From Scyliorhinus canicula (taxonomy: Eukaryota): 50,667 bases of DNA. Positions 1 through 10,683 of this stretch are shown here, piece after piece. The stretch spans positions 87,398,236-87,448,902 of the forward strand of contig NC_052161.1 of assembly GCF_902713615.1 (NCBI RefSeq), in the 5' to 3' direction. A model generated the notes under the pieces. That model made no database searches, had not been told where the DNA came from, and saw only the letters and a program-made list of their open reading frames with translations. Each line of letters starts with the position of its first letter. The first letter of the stretch is position 1. A program made the position numbers and the translations under genes.

Positions 1-108
1 AGACAGTCAGCTTTCAGAGCAGTCACATGGTTTCCTGCAGGAGTGTCAGAGCCAGTGAGAGAATTGGCTCCTGTCCCAGAACTGAAAAAGCTAAAAGCTT
101 CCGGCTGC

Positions 109-124
109 AAAGTGAAAGCAAAAA
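109..124 (+). promoter_or_regulatory. IRF-E/ISRE-like element upstream of TAPBPL
   Basis: AAAGTGAAAGCAAAAA fits the IRF consensus AAA-GT-GAAA-G(C/T), about 85-100 nt upstream of the ATG at 207. MHC-I pathway genes are interferon-inducible. Confidence 0.45.
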
Positions 125-206
125 TGTAGATTTCCATCCGTGTGTCACCCTGCCCCCACCATCAGCAATCTAAAACTCCATCACTTCAACTCGAAAACCA
201 GGGAAA

Positions 207-243
207 ATGCACCTACACATCCACTGGCTTCTCCTCAAGCTGG
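207..243 (+). CDS. TAPBPL: TAPBPL exon 1 (signal peptide, MHLHIHWLLLKL+G)
   Basis: ATG in AAAATGC context; 37 nt ending at donor G|gtaagc (phase 1); splices in frame to exon 2 to give MHLHIHWLLLKLALVLA, a hydrophobic leader. Confidence 0.8.
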
Positions 244-271
244 GTAAGCAACACTCTCACTCAGTCACAAC

Positions 272-2240
272 AGTGGGAGCTTTACTCTGTATCTAACCCC
301 GTGCTGTACCTGTACTGGGAGTGTTTGATGGGGACAGTGTAGAGGGAGCTTTACTCTGTATCTCACCCCGTGCTGTACCTGTCCTGGGAGTGTTTGATGG
401 GGACAGTGTAGAGGGAGCTTTACTCTGTATCTCACCCCATGCTGTACCTGCCCTGGGATTGTTTGATGGGGACAGTGTAGAGGGAGCTTTACTCTGTATC
501 TAACCCTGTGCTGTACCTGTCCTGGGATTGTTTGATGGGGACAGTGTAGAGGGAGCTTTACTCTGTATCTAACCCTGTGCTGTACCTGTCCTGGGAGTGT
601 TTGATGGGGACAGTGTAGAGGGAGCTTTACTCTGTATCTCACCCCGTGCTGTACCTGTCCTGGGAGTGTTTGATGGGGACAGTGTAGAGGAAGCTTTACT
701 CTGTATCTCACCCCGTGCTGTACCTGTCCTGGGAGTGTTTGATGGCGTCAGTGTAGCGGGAGCTTTACTCTGTATCTCACCCCGTGCTGTACCTGTCCTG
801 GGAGTGTTTGATGGGGCCAGTGTAGAGGGAGCTTTACTCTATCTCACCCCATGCTGTACCTGTCCTGGGAGTGTTTGATGGGGTCAGTGTAGAGGGAGCT
901 TTACTCTGTATCTCACCCTGTGCTGTACCTGTACTGGGAGTGTTTGATGGGGACAGTGTAGAGGGAGCTTTACTCTGTATCTAACCCCGTGCTGTACCTG
1001 TCCTGGGAGTGTTTGATAGGGACAGTGTAGAGGGAGCTTTACTCTGTATCTAACCCCGTGCTGTACCTGTCCTGGGAGTGTTTGATGGGGACAGTGTAGA
1101 GGGAGCTTTACTCTGTATCTAACCCCGTGCTGTACCTGTCCTGGGAGTGTTTGATGGGGGCAGTGTAGAGGGAGCTTTACTCTGTATCTAACCCCGTGCT
1201 GTACCTGTCCTGGGAGTGTTTGATGGGGGCAGTGTAGAGGGAGCTTTACTCTGTATCTAACACCGTGCTGTACCTGTCCTGGGAGTGTTTGATGGGGACA
1301 GTGTAGAGGGAGCTTTACTCTGTATCTAACCCTGTGCTGTACCTGTCCTGGGAGTGTCTATGGGGACAGTGTAGAGAGAGCTTTACTCTGTATCTAACCC
1401 TGTGCTGTCCCTGTCCTGGGAGTGTTTGATGGGGACAGTGTAGAGGGAGCTTTACTCTGTATCTAACCCAGTGCTGTACCTGTCCTGGGAGTGTTTGATG
1501 GAGACAGTGTAGAGGGAGCTTTACTCTGTATCTAACCCCGTGCTGTACCTGTCCTGGGAGTGTTTGATGGGGACAGTGTAGAGGGAGCTTTACTCTGTAT
1601 CTAACCCCGTGCTGTACCTGTCCTGGGAGTGTTTGATGGGGACAGTGTTGAGGGAGCTTTACTCTGTATCTAACCCCGTGCTGTACCTGTCCTGGGAGTG
1701 TTTGATGGGGACAGTGTAGAGGGAGGTTTACTCTGTATCTAACCCTGTGCTGTACCTGTCCTGGGAGTGTCTATGGGGACAGTGTAGAGGGAGCTTTACT
1801 CTGTATCTAACCCTGTGCTGTCCCTGTCCTGGGAGTGTTTGATGGGGACAGTGTAGAGGGAGCTTTACTCTGTATCTAACCCAGTGCTGTACCTGTCCTG
1901 GGAGTGTTTGATGGAGACAGTGTAGAGGGAGCTTTACTCTGTATCTAACCCTGTGCTGTCCCTGTCCTGGGAGTGTTTGATGGGGACAGTGCAGAGGGAG
2001 GTTTACTCTGTATCTAACCCCGTGCTGTACCTGTCCTGGGAGTGTCTGATGGGGGCAGTTTAGAGGGAGCTTTACTCTGTATCTAACCCTGTGCTGTCCC
2101 TGTCCTGGGAGTGTTTGATGGGGACAGTGCAGAGGTGCTTTACTCTGTATCTAACCCCGTGCTGTACCTGTCCTGGGAGTGTCTGATGGGGGCAGTTTAG
2201 AGGGAGCTTTACTCTGTTTCTAACCCTGTGCTGTACCTGT
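272..2240. repeat. Minisatellite, 69-bp unit, ~28 copies (intron 1)
   Basis: Unit CTGTACCTGTCCTGGGAGTGTTTGATGGGGACAGTGTAGAGGGAGCTTTACTCTGTATCTAACCCCGTG; period checked from 275 to 344. Confidence 0.97.
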
Positions 2241-2248
2241 CTCCATAG

Positions 2249-2488
2249 CCTTAGTTTTGGCCGATGATCCTGGAGCTCGGCCTGTGAATGAAGCTGCTGA
2301 TGTGGTACTGGACTGCTGGTATATCGAGGACGCGAGTGGTCTCAGCGCCGTCAGTGGCGGATTCTCTCGGGAGAAAGCTTTGCTCGTACTCCGCAACGTC
2401 AGTATCGCCGGAGATGAGCAAACGTCCGCCTGGACTGACTACGAGGTTCGCGACGAGGATCGGAAGCACATCATCTTCGAGGTCATTG
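2249..2488 (+). CDS. TAPBPL: TAPBPL exon 2 (N-terminal domain, part 1)
   Basis: ccatag| acceptor, G|gtgaga donor, 240 nt, phase 1-1; encodes DVVLDCWYIED...LLVL...TDY...IIFE, matching TAPBPR DVVLDC...SLVL...FTDF...IIFE. Confidence 0.93.
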
Positions 2489-2577
2489 GTGAGACTCTTT
2501 TACCCTCTGTCAACCCCCAAAGCCTACTCCCAAACGGTAAGACTCCACCCCACCACCACCCGACCCCTCGGCACTAT

Positions 2578-4990
2578 CGCTCTGACAGTGCAGCTCTCCC
2601 TCAGTACTGACCCTCCGACAGTGCAGCACTCCCTCAGTACTGACCCTCTGACAGTGCAGCGCTCCCTCAGTACTGACCCTCGGACAGAGCAGCACTCCCT
2701 CAGTACTGACCCTCTGACAGTGCAGCGCTCCCTCAGTACTGACCCTCTGACAGTGCAGCACTCCCTCAGTACTGACCCTCGGACAGAGCAGCACTCCCTC
2801 AGTACTGACCCTCTGACAGTGCAGCACTCTCTCACTACTGTCCCTCTGACAGTGCCGCACTCCCTCAGTACTGACCCTCTGACAGTGTGACATTCCCTCA
2901 GTACTGACCCTCCGACAGTGCAGCACTCCCTCAGTACTGACCCTCTGACAGTGCGGCACTCCCTCAGTACTGACCCTCTGACAGTGCGGGCACTCCCTCA
3001 GTACTGACCCTCTGACAGTGCGGCACTCCCTCAGTACTGACCCTCTGACAGTGCGGGCACTCCCTCAGTACTGACCCTCTGACAGTGTGGCACTCCCTCA
3101 GTACTGACCCTCTGACAGTGCGGGCACTCCCTCAGTACTGACCCTCTGACAGTGCGGGCACTGCCTCAGTACTGACCCTCTGACAGTGTGGCACTCCCTC
3201 AGTACTGACCCTCTGACAGTGCGGGCACTCCCTCAGTACTGACCCTCCGACCGTGCGGCGCTCTCTCAGTACTGACCATCTGGCAGTGGGGCAATCCCTC
3301 GGTACTGACCCTCTGACAGTGCGGCACTCCCTCAGTACTGACCCTCTGACAGTGCAGCACTCCCTCAGTACTGACCCTCTGACAGTGCAGCATTCCCTCA
3401 CACTGACCCTCTGACAGTGCGGCACTCCCTCAGTACTGACCCTCTGACAGTGCGGCACCCCCTCAGTACTGACCCTCTGACAGTGCGGCACTCCCTCAGT
3501 ACTGACCCTCTGACAGTGCAGCACTCCCTCAGTACTGACCCTCTGACAGTGCAGCATTCCCTCACACTGACCCTCTGACAGTGCGGCACTCCCTCAGTAC
3601 TGACCCTCTGACAGTGCGGCACCCCCTCAGTACTGACCCTCTGACAGTGCGGCACTCCCTCAGTACTGACCCTCTGACAGTGCGGGCACTCCCTCAGTAC
3701 TGACCCTCTGACAGTGCAGCATTCCCTCACACTGACCCTCTGACAGTGCGGCACCCGCTCAGTACTGACCCTCTGACAGTGCAGCTCCCACTCTGTACTG
3801 ACCCTCTGACAGTGCGGGCACTCCCTCAGTACTGACCCTCTGACAGTGCGGCACTCCCTCAGTACTGACCCTCTGACCGTGCGGCGCTCTCTCAGTACTG
3901 ACCCTCTGATAGAGCAGCACTCCCTCAGTACTGACCCTCTGACAGTGCGGCACTCCCTCAGTACTGACCCTCTGACCGTGCGGCGCTCTCTCAGTACTGA
4001 CCCTCTGACAGTGCAGCATTCCCTCAGTACTGACCCTCTGACAGAGCAGCACTCCCTCAGTACTGACCCTCTGACAGTGCAGCATTCCCTCAGTACTGAC
4101 CCTCTGACAGTGTGGCACTCCCTCAGTACTGACTCTCTGACAGTGCAGCACTCCCTCAGTACTGACCGTCTGACAGTGCAGCACTCCCTCAGTACTGACC
4201 CTCTGACAGTGCAGCCCTCCCTCAGTACTGACCCTTTGACAGTGCGGCCTTCCCTCGTACTGATGCTCTGACAGTGAGGCACTCCCTCAGTACTGACCCT
4301 CAGACAGTGCGGCACTCCCTCAGTACTGACCCTCAGACAGTGCAGCGCTCCCTCAGTACTGACCCTCAGACAGTGCAGCACTCCCTCAGTACTGACCCTC
4401 TGACCGTGCGGCGCTCTCTCAGTACTGACCCTCTGATAGAGCAGCACTCCCTCAGTACTGACCCTCTGACAGTGCGGCACTCCCTCAGTACTGACCCTCT
4501 GACCGTGCGGCGCTCTCTCAGTACTGACCCTCTGACAGTGCAGCATTCCCTCAGTACTGACCCTCTGACAGAGCAGCACTCCCTCAGTACTGACCCTCTG
4601 ACAGTGCAGCATTCCCTCAGTACTGACCCTCTGACAGTGTGGCGCTCCCTCAGTACTGACCGTCTGACAGTGCAGCACTCCCTCAGTACTGACCCTCTGA
4701 CAGTGCAGCCCTCCCTCAGTACTGACCCTTTGACAGTGCGGCCTTCCCTCGTACTGATGCTCTGACAGTGAGGCACTCCCTCAGTACTGACCCTCAGACA
4801 GTGCGGCACTCCCTCAGTACTGACCCTCAGACAGTGCAGCGCTCCCTCAGTACTGACCCTCTGACAGTGCGGCACTCCCTCAGTACTGACCCTCCGACAG
4901 TGTGGCACTCCCTCAGTACTGACCCTCAGACAGTGTGGCACTCCCTCAGTACTGACCCTCAGACAGTACAGAACTCCCTCAGTACTGACC
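2578..4990. repeat. Minisatellite, 33-bp unit, ~73 copies (intron 2)
   Basis: Unit CACTCCCTCAGTACTGACCCTCTGACAGTGCGG with some 34-bp variants; contains palindrome CAGTACTG; 11-aa periodicity in the ORF track. Confidence 0.97.
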
Positions 4991-5011
4991 CGTTGATCAT
5001 TGTACCTGCAG

Positions 5012-5293
5012 GCTCGGAAGTCCCGATACCCAATGGAGAGATTCTGCTTCACGCAGACTGTGAAGGACAAGAGGTGACGTGCGAGATTAGCAGTTTCGAG
5101 GTTCCATCTGGGGAGGACGATGCTGAGAGGGCTCCTGGCACCTCATTCATCGGGGGGCTGCGTATCTCTGGGGGTGGCCTCGGCATGACTCTGCTGTTCA
5201 GAACCATTCCAGTCAGCGAGGAGAGCGGAGCACGGATATTCAACGAGAAGCTGAATGTAGAACTGAGCCCGACGGGAACTATCCCCCTTTCTG
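5012..5293 (+). CDS. TAPBPL: TAPBPL exon 3 (N-terminal domain, part 2)
   Basis: ctgcag| acceptor, G|gtgggt donor, 282 nt, phase 1-1; LLHADCEGQEVTCEIS, ISGGG and LNVELSPTGT match TAPBPR LLHADCSGKEVTCEIS, VSGGG and LNLPLSPQGT. Confidence 0.95.
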
Positions 5294-5309
5294 GTGGGTA
5301 TCGCACTGA

Positions 5310-7676
5310 GGATTTGTACTCATTGGGATTGTGTAGAGTGGGACTGAACGGGAAGGGGTTGGGGTCCATTGGGATTGTGTACAGTGGGAGTGAACGGGAA
5401 GGGGTTTGGGTCCATTGGGATTGTGTACAGTAGGAATGAATGGGAAGGGCTTTGGGTCCATTGGGATTGTGTACAGTGGGAGTGAACGGGAAGGGGTTTG
5501 GGTCCATTGGGATTGTGTACAGTGGGAGTGAACGGGAAGGGGTTTGGGTCCATTGGGATCGTGTACAGTGGGAGTGAACGGGAAGGGGTTTGGGTCCATT
5601 GGGATTGTGTACAGTGGGAGTGAAGGGGACGGGGTTTGGGTCCATTGGGATTGTGTACAGTGGGAGTGAATGGGAAGGGGTTTGGGTGCATTGGGATTGT
5701 GTACAGTGGGAGTGAACGGGAAGGGGTTTGGGTCCATTGGGATTGTGTACAGTGGGAGTGAACGGGAAGAGGTTTGGGTCCATTGGGATTGTGTACAGTG
5801 GGAGTGAACGGGAAGGGGTTTGGGTCCATTGGGATTGTGTACAGTGGGAGTGAACGGGAAGGGGTTTGGGTCCATTGGGATTGTGTACAGTGGGAGTGAA
5901 GGGGAAGGGCTTTGGGTCCATTCGGATTGTGTACAGTGGGAGTGAACGGGAAGGGGTTTGGGTTCATTGGGATTGTGTACAGTGGGAGTGAACGGGAAGG
6001 GGTTTGGGTCCATTGGGATTACGTACAGTGGGAGTGAATGGGAAGGGGTTTGGGTTCATTGGGATTGTGTACAGTGGGAGTGAACGGGAAGGGGTTTGTG
6101 TCCATTGGGATTGTGTACAATGGGAGTGAAGGGGAAGGGGATTGGGTCCATTGGGATTGTGTACAGTGGGAGTGAAAGGGAAGGGGTTTGGGTCCATTGG
6201 GATTGTGAACAGTGGGAGTGAACGGGAAGGAGTTTGGGTCCATTGGGATTGTGAACAGTGGGAGTGAACGGGAAGGAGTTTGGGTCCATTGGGATTGTGT
6301 ACAATGGGAGTGAACGGGAAGGAGTTTGGGTCAATTGGGATTGTGTACTGTGGGAGTGAACGGGAAGGGGTTTGGGTCCATTGGGATTGTGTACAATGGG
6401 AGTGAACGGGAAGGGGTTTGGGTCCATTGGGATTGTGTACAATGGGAGTGAATGGGAAGGGGTTTGGGTTCATTGCGATTGTGTAGAGTGGGACTGAACG
6501 GGAAGGGGTTGGGGTCCATTGGGATTGTGTACAGTGGGAATGAATGGGAAGGGCTTTGGGTCCATTGGGATTGTGTACAGTGGGAGTGAACGGGAAGGGG
6601 TTTGGGTCCATTGGGATAGTGTACAGTGGGAGTGAACGGGAAGGGGTTTGGGTTCATTGGGATTGTGTACAGTGGGAGTGAACGGGAAGGGGTTTGTGTC
6701 CATTGGGAATGTGTACAATGGGAGTGAAGGGGAAGGGGATTGGGTCCATTGGGATAGTGTACAATGGGAGTGAACGGGAAGGGGTTTGGGTCCATTGGGA
6801 TTGTGTACAGTGGGAGTGAATGGGAAGGGGCTTGGGTCCATTGGGATTGTGTACAGTGGGAGTGAACAGGAAGGAGTTTGGGTCCATTGGGATTGTATAC
6901 TGTGGGAGTGAACGGGAAGGGGTTTGGGTCCATTGGGTTTGTGTACAGTGGGAGTGAACGGGAAGGGGTTTGGGTTCATTGGGAATGTGTACAGTGGGAG
7001 TGAATGGGAAGGGGTTTGAGTCCATTGGGAATGTGTACAGTGGGAGTGAATGGGAAGGGGTTTGAGTCCATTGGGAATGTGTACAGTGGGAGTGAATGGG
7101 AAGGGGTTTGGGTCCATTGGGATTGTGTACAGTGGGAGTGAACGGGAATGGGTTTGGGTCCATTGGGATTATGTACAGTGGGAGTGAATGGGAAGGGGTT
7201 TGGGTCCATTGGGATTGTGTACAGTGGGAGTAAACGGGAAGGAGTTTAGGTCCATTGGGACTGAATACAGTGGGAGTGAACGGGAAGGGGTTTGGGTCCA
7301 CTGTATTGTGTACAGTGGGAGTGAATGGGAAGGGGTTTGGGTCCATTGGGATTGTGTACAGTGGGAGTGAATGGGAAGGGGTTTGGGTCCATTGGCATTG
7401 TGTACAGTGGGAGTGAATGGGAAGGGGTTTGGGTCCATTGGGATTGTGTACAGTGGGAGTGAATGGGAAGGAGTTTAGGTCCATTGGGATTGTGTACAGT
7501 GGGAGTGAACGGGAAGGGGTTTCGGTCCATTGGGATTGTGTACAGTGGGAGTGAACGGGAAGGGGTTTGGGTCCAGTGGGATTGTGTACAGTGGGAGTGA
7601 ACGGTGAGTGGTTTGGGTCCTGTGGGATTGTGTACAGTGGGAGTGAACGGGAAGGCGTTTTGGTCCATTGGGATTG
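5310..7676. repeat. Minisatellite, 46-bp G-rich unit, ~51 copies (intron 3)
   Basis: Unit GGGATTGTGTACAGTGGGAGTGAACGGGAAGGGGTTTGGGTCCATT; the 46-aa period (3 units) is visible in the ORF track. Confidence 0.97.
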
Positions 7677-7699
7677 ATTCCTGTTCCATTAATCCACAG

Positions 7700-8035
7700 T
7701 GCAATTCCTCGTCTACACTCGTACGTCAAGCATCCGGACGCTCCTGGGCCAGACCATCCTCCTGGACTGCGGGTTTCTGGGAGATGACCCCAGCACGATA
7801 TCGGTCGATTGGCGGATACAGCACAAAGGCACAGGTCGGAGAATCTACACATTCTCAGAGGGCCAAGGGATGTCAGAGCGGGAGGGCACCTTGATGGACG
7901 CCAACCAGGTTGGCAGCAACGGGAATGTGTCACTCCTTCTGCGCGACATAACCGTCCAAGATGAGGGGACATACATCTGCATTGTCCAGGGGCACAAAGT
8001 TCACAGCCAGCAGACCATCTCAGTGGAAATAATGG
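7700..8035 (+). CDS. TAPBPL: TAPBPL exon 4 (IgV domain)
   Basis: ccacag| acceptor, G|gtaagt donor, 336 nt, phase 1-1; LLGQTILLDCGF, VDWRIQHKG and ITVQDEGTYIC give an IgV with both cysteines. Confidence 0.96.
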
Positions 8036-9465
8036 GTAAGTCAGTGTCCAGATACATCCCCGTGTGTGTCAGAGAGAGGACCGAGAAACATGAGTCAGTG
8101 CATAGATATCTCCCTGAGAGAGAGAGATAGAGATAGAGAGAGAGGACTGAGAGACCCCAGTCAGTGTACAGATATCACCCCGAGAGAGAGAGAGAGAGAG
8201 GTGACTGAGAGACACCAGTCAGTGTACAGATATCTCCCTGAGAGAGAGAGGGGACTGAGAGACACCAGTCAGTGTACAGATATCTCCCTGAGAGAGAGAG
8301 GGGACTGAGCGACACCAGTCAATGTACAGATATATCCCTGTGAGAGAGGGACTGAGAGACACCAGTCAGTGTACAGATATCTCCCTGAGAGAGAGATAGA
8401 GATAGAGAGAGGGGACTGAGAGACACCAGTCAGTGTACAGATATCTCCCTGAGAGAGAGAGGGGACTGAGAGACACCAGTCAGTGTACAGATATCTCCCT
8501 GAGAGAGAGAGGGGACTGAGAGACACCAGTCAGTGTACAGATATCTCCCTGAGAGAGAGATAGAGATAGAGAGAGAGGACTGAGAGACACCAGTCAGTGT
8601 ACAGATATCTCCCTGAGAGAGAGAGGGGACTGAGAGACACCAGTCAGTGTACAGATATCTCCCTGAGAGAGGGGACTGAGAGACACCAGTCAGTGTTCAG
8701 ATATCTCCCTGAGAGAGAGGGGGGACTGAGAGACACCAGTCAGTGTATAGATATCTCCCTGAGAGAGAGAGGCAACTGAGAGACACCAGTCAGTGTACAG
8801 ATATCTCCCTGAGAGAGAGAGGGGACTGAGAGACACCAGTCAGTGTACAGATATCTCCCTGAGAGAGAGAGGCAACTGAGAGACACCAGTCAGTGTACAG
8901 ATATCTCCCTGAGAGAGAGAGGGGACTGAGAGATACCAGTCAGTGTACAGATATCTCCCTGAGAGAGAGAGGGGACTGAGAGACACCAGTCAGTGTACAG
9001 ATATCTCCCTGAGAGAGAGGGGGAACTGAGAGACACCAGTCAGTGTACAGATATCTCCCTGAGAGAGAGAGGGGACTGAGAGACACCAGTCAGTGTGCAG
9101 ATATCTCCCTGAGAGAGAGAGAGGGGACTGGGAGACACCAGTCATTGTACAGATATCTCCCTGAGAGAGAGAGGGGGGGGACGGGGGGACTGAGAGACGC
9201 CAGTCAGTGTACAGATATCTCCCTGAGAGAGAGAGAGAGAGGGGACTGAGAGACACCAGTCAGTGTACAGATATCTCCCTGAGAGAGAGGGGACTGAGAG
9301 ACACCAGTCAGTGTACAGATATCACCCTAAGAGAGGGGACTGAGAGATACCAGTCAGTGCACAGATATCTCCCTGAGAGAGAGAGGACTGAGAGACACCA
9401 GTCAGTGTACAGAAATCTACCTGAGAGAGAGAGGGGGACTGAGAGACACCAGTCAGTGTACAGAT

Positions 9466-9638
9466 GAAATGAAAATCACTTATTGTCACGAGTAGGCTTC
9501 AATTAAGTTACTGTGAAAAGCCCCTAGTCACCACATTCCAGCGCCTGTCCGGGGAGGCTGGTACGGGAATCGAACCGTGCGGCTGGCCTGCTTGGTCTGC
9601 TTTAAAAGCTAGCGATTTAGCCCAGTGAGCAAAACCAG
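9466..9638 (-). mobile_element. Short tRNA-derived SINE with LINE-type 3' tail and (ATTTC)n end
   Basis: Minus strand has a B-box GGTTCGATTCC, then GGAATGTGGTGACTAGGGGCTTTTCACAGTAAC...GCCTACTCGTGACAATAAG and an ATTTC tail. Confidence 0.75.
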
Positions 9639-10683
9639 CTGAGAGACACCAGTCAGTGTACAGATATCTCCCTGAGAGAGAGAGGGGACGGAGAGACACC
9701 AGTCAGTGTACAGATATCTCCCTGAGAGAGAGAGGGGACGGAGAGACACCAGTCAGTGTACAGATATCTCCCTGAGAGAGAGAGGGGACTGAGAGACACC
9801 AGTCAGTGTACAGATATCTCTCTGAGAGAGAGGGGACTGAGAGACACCAGTCAGTGTACAGATATCTCCCTGAGAGAGGGGACTGAGAGACACCAGTCAG
9901 TGTACAGATATCTCCCTGAGAGAGAGGGGGGACTGAGAGACACCAGTCAGTGTACAGATATCTCCCTGAGAGAGAGGGGGGACTGAGAGACACCAGTCAG
10001 TGTACAGATCTCTCCCTGAGAGAGAGGGGACTGAGAGACACCAGTCAGTGTACAGATATCTCCCTGAGAGAGGGGACTGAGAGACACCAGTCAGTGTACA
10101 GATATCTCCCTGAGAGAGAGGGGGGACTGAGAGACACTAGTCAGTGTACAGATATCTCCCTGAGAGAGAGGGGGGACTGAGAGACACCAGTCAGTGTACA
10201 GATATCTCCCTGAGAGAGAGGGACTGAGAGACACCAGTCAGTGTACAGATATCTCCCTGAGAGAGAGGGGACTGAGAGACACCAGTCAGTGTACAGATAT
10301 CTCACTGAGAGAGAGAAAGGTGACTGAGAGACACCAGTCAGTGTACAGATATCTCCCTGAGAGAGAGGGGGGACTGAGAGACACCAGTCAGTGTACAGAT
10401 CTCTCCCTGAGAGAGAGAGAGGACTGAGAGACACCAGTCAGTGTACAGATATCTCCCTGAGAGAGAGAGGGGACTGAGAGACTCCAGTCAGTGTACAGAT
10501 ATCTCCCTGAGAGAGAGGGGACTGAGAGACACCAGTCAGTGTACAGATATCTCCCTGAGAGAGAGAGGGGACTGAGAGACAGCAGTCAGTGTACAGATAT
10601 CTCCCTGAGAGAGAGGGACTGAGAGACTCCAGTCAGTGTACAGATATCCCCCTGAGATAGAGAGGGGGGGGGGGGGAACTGAG

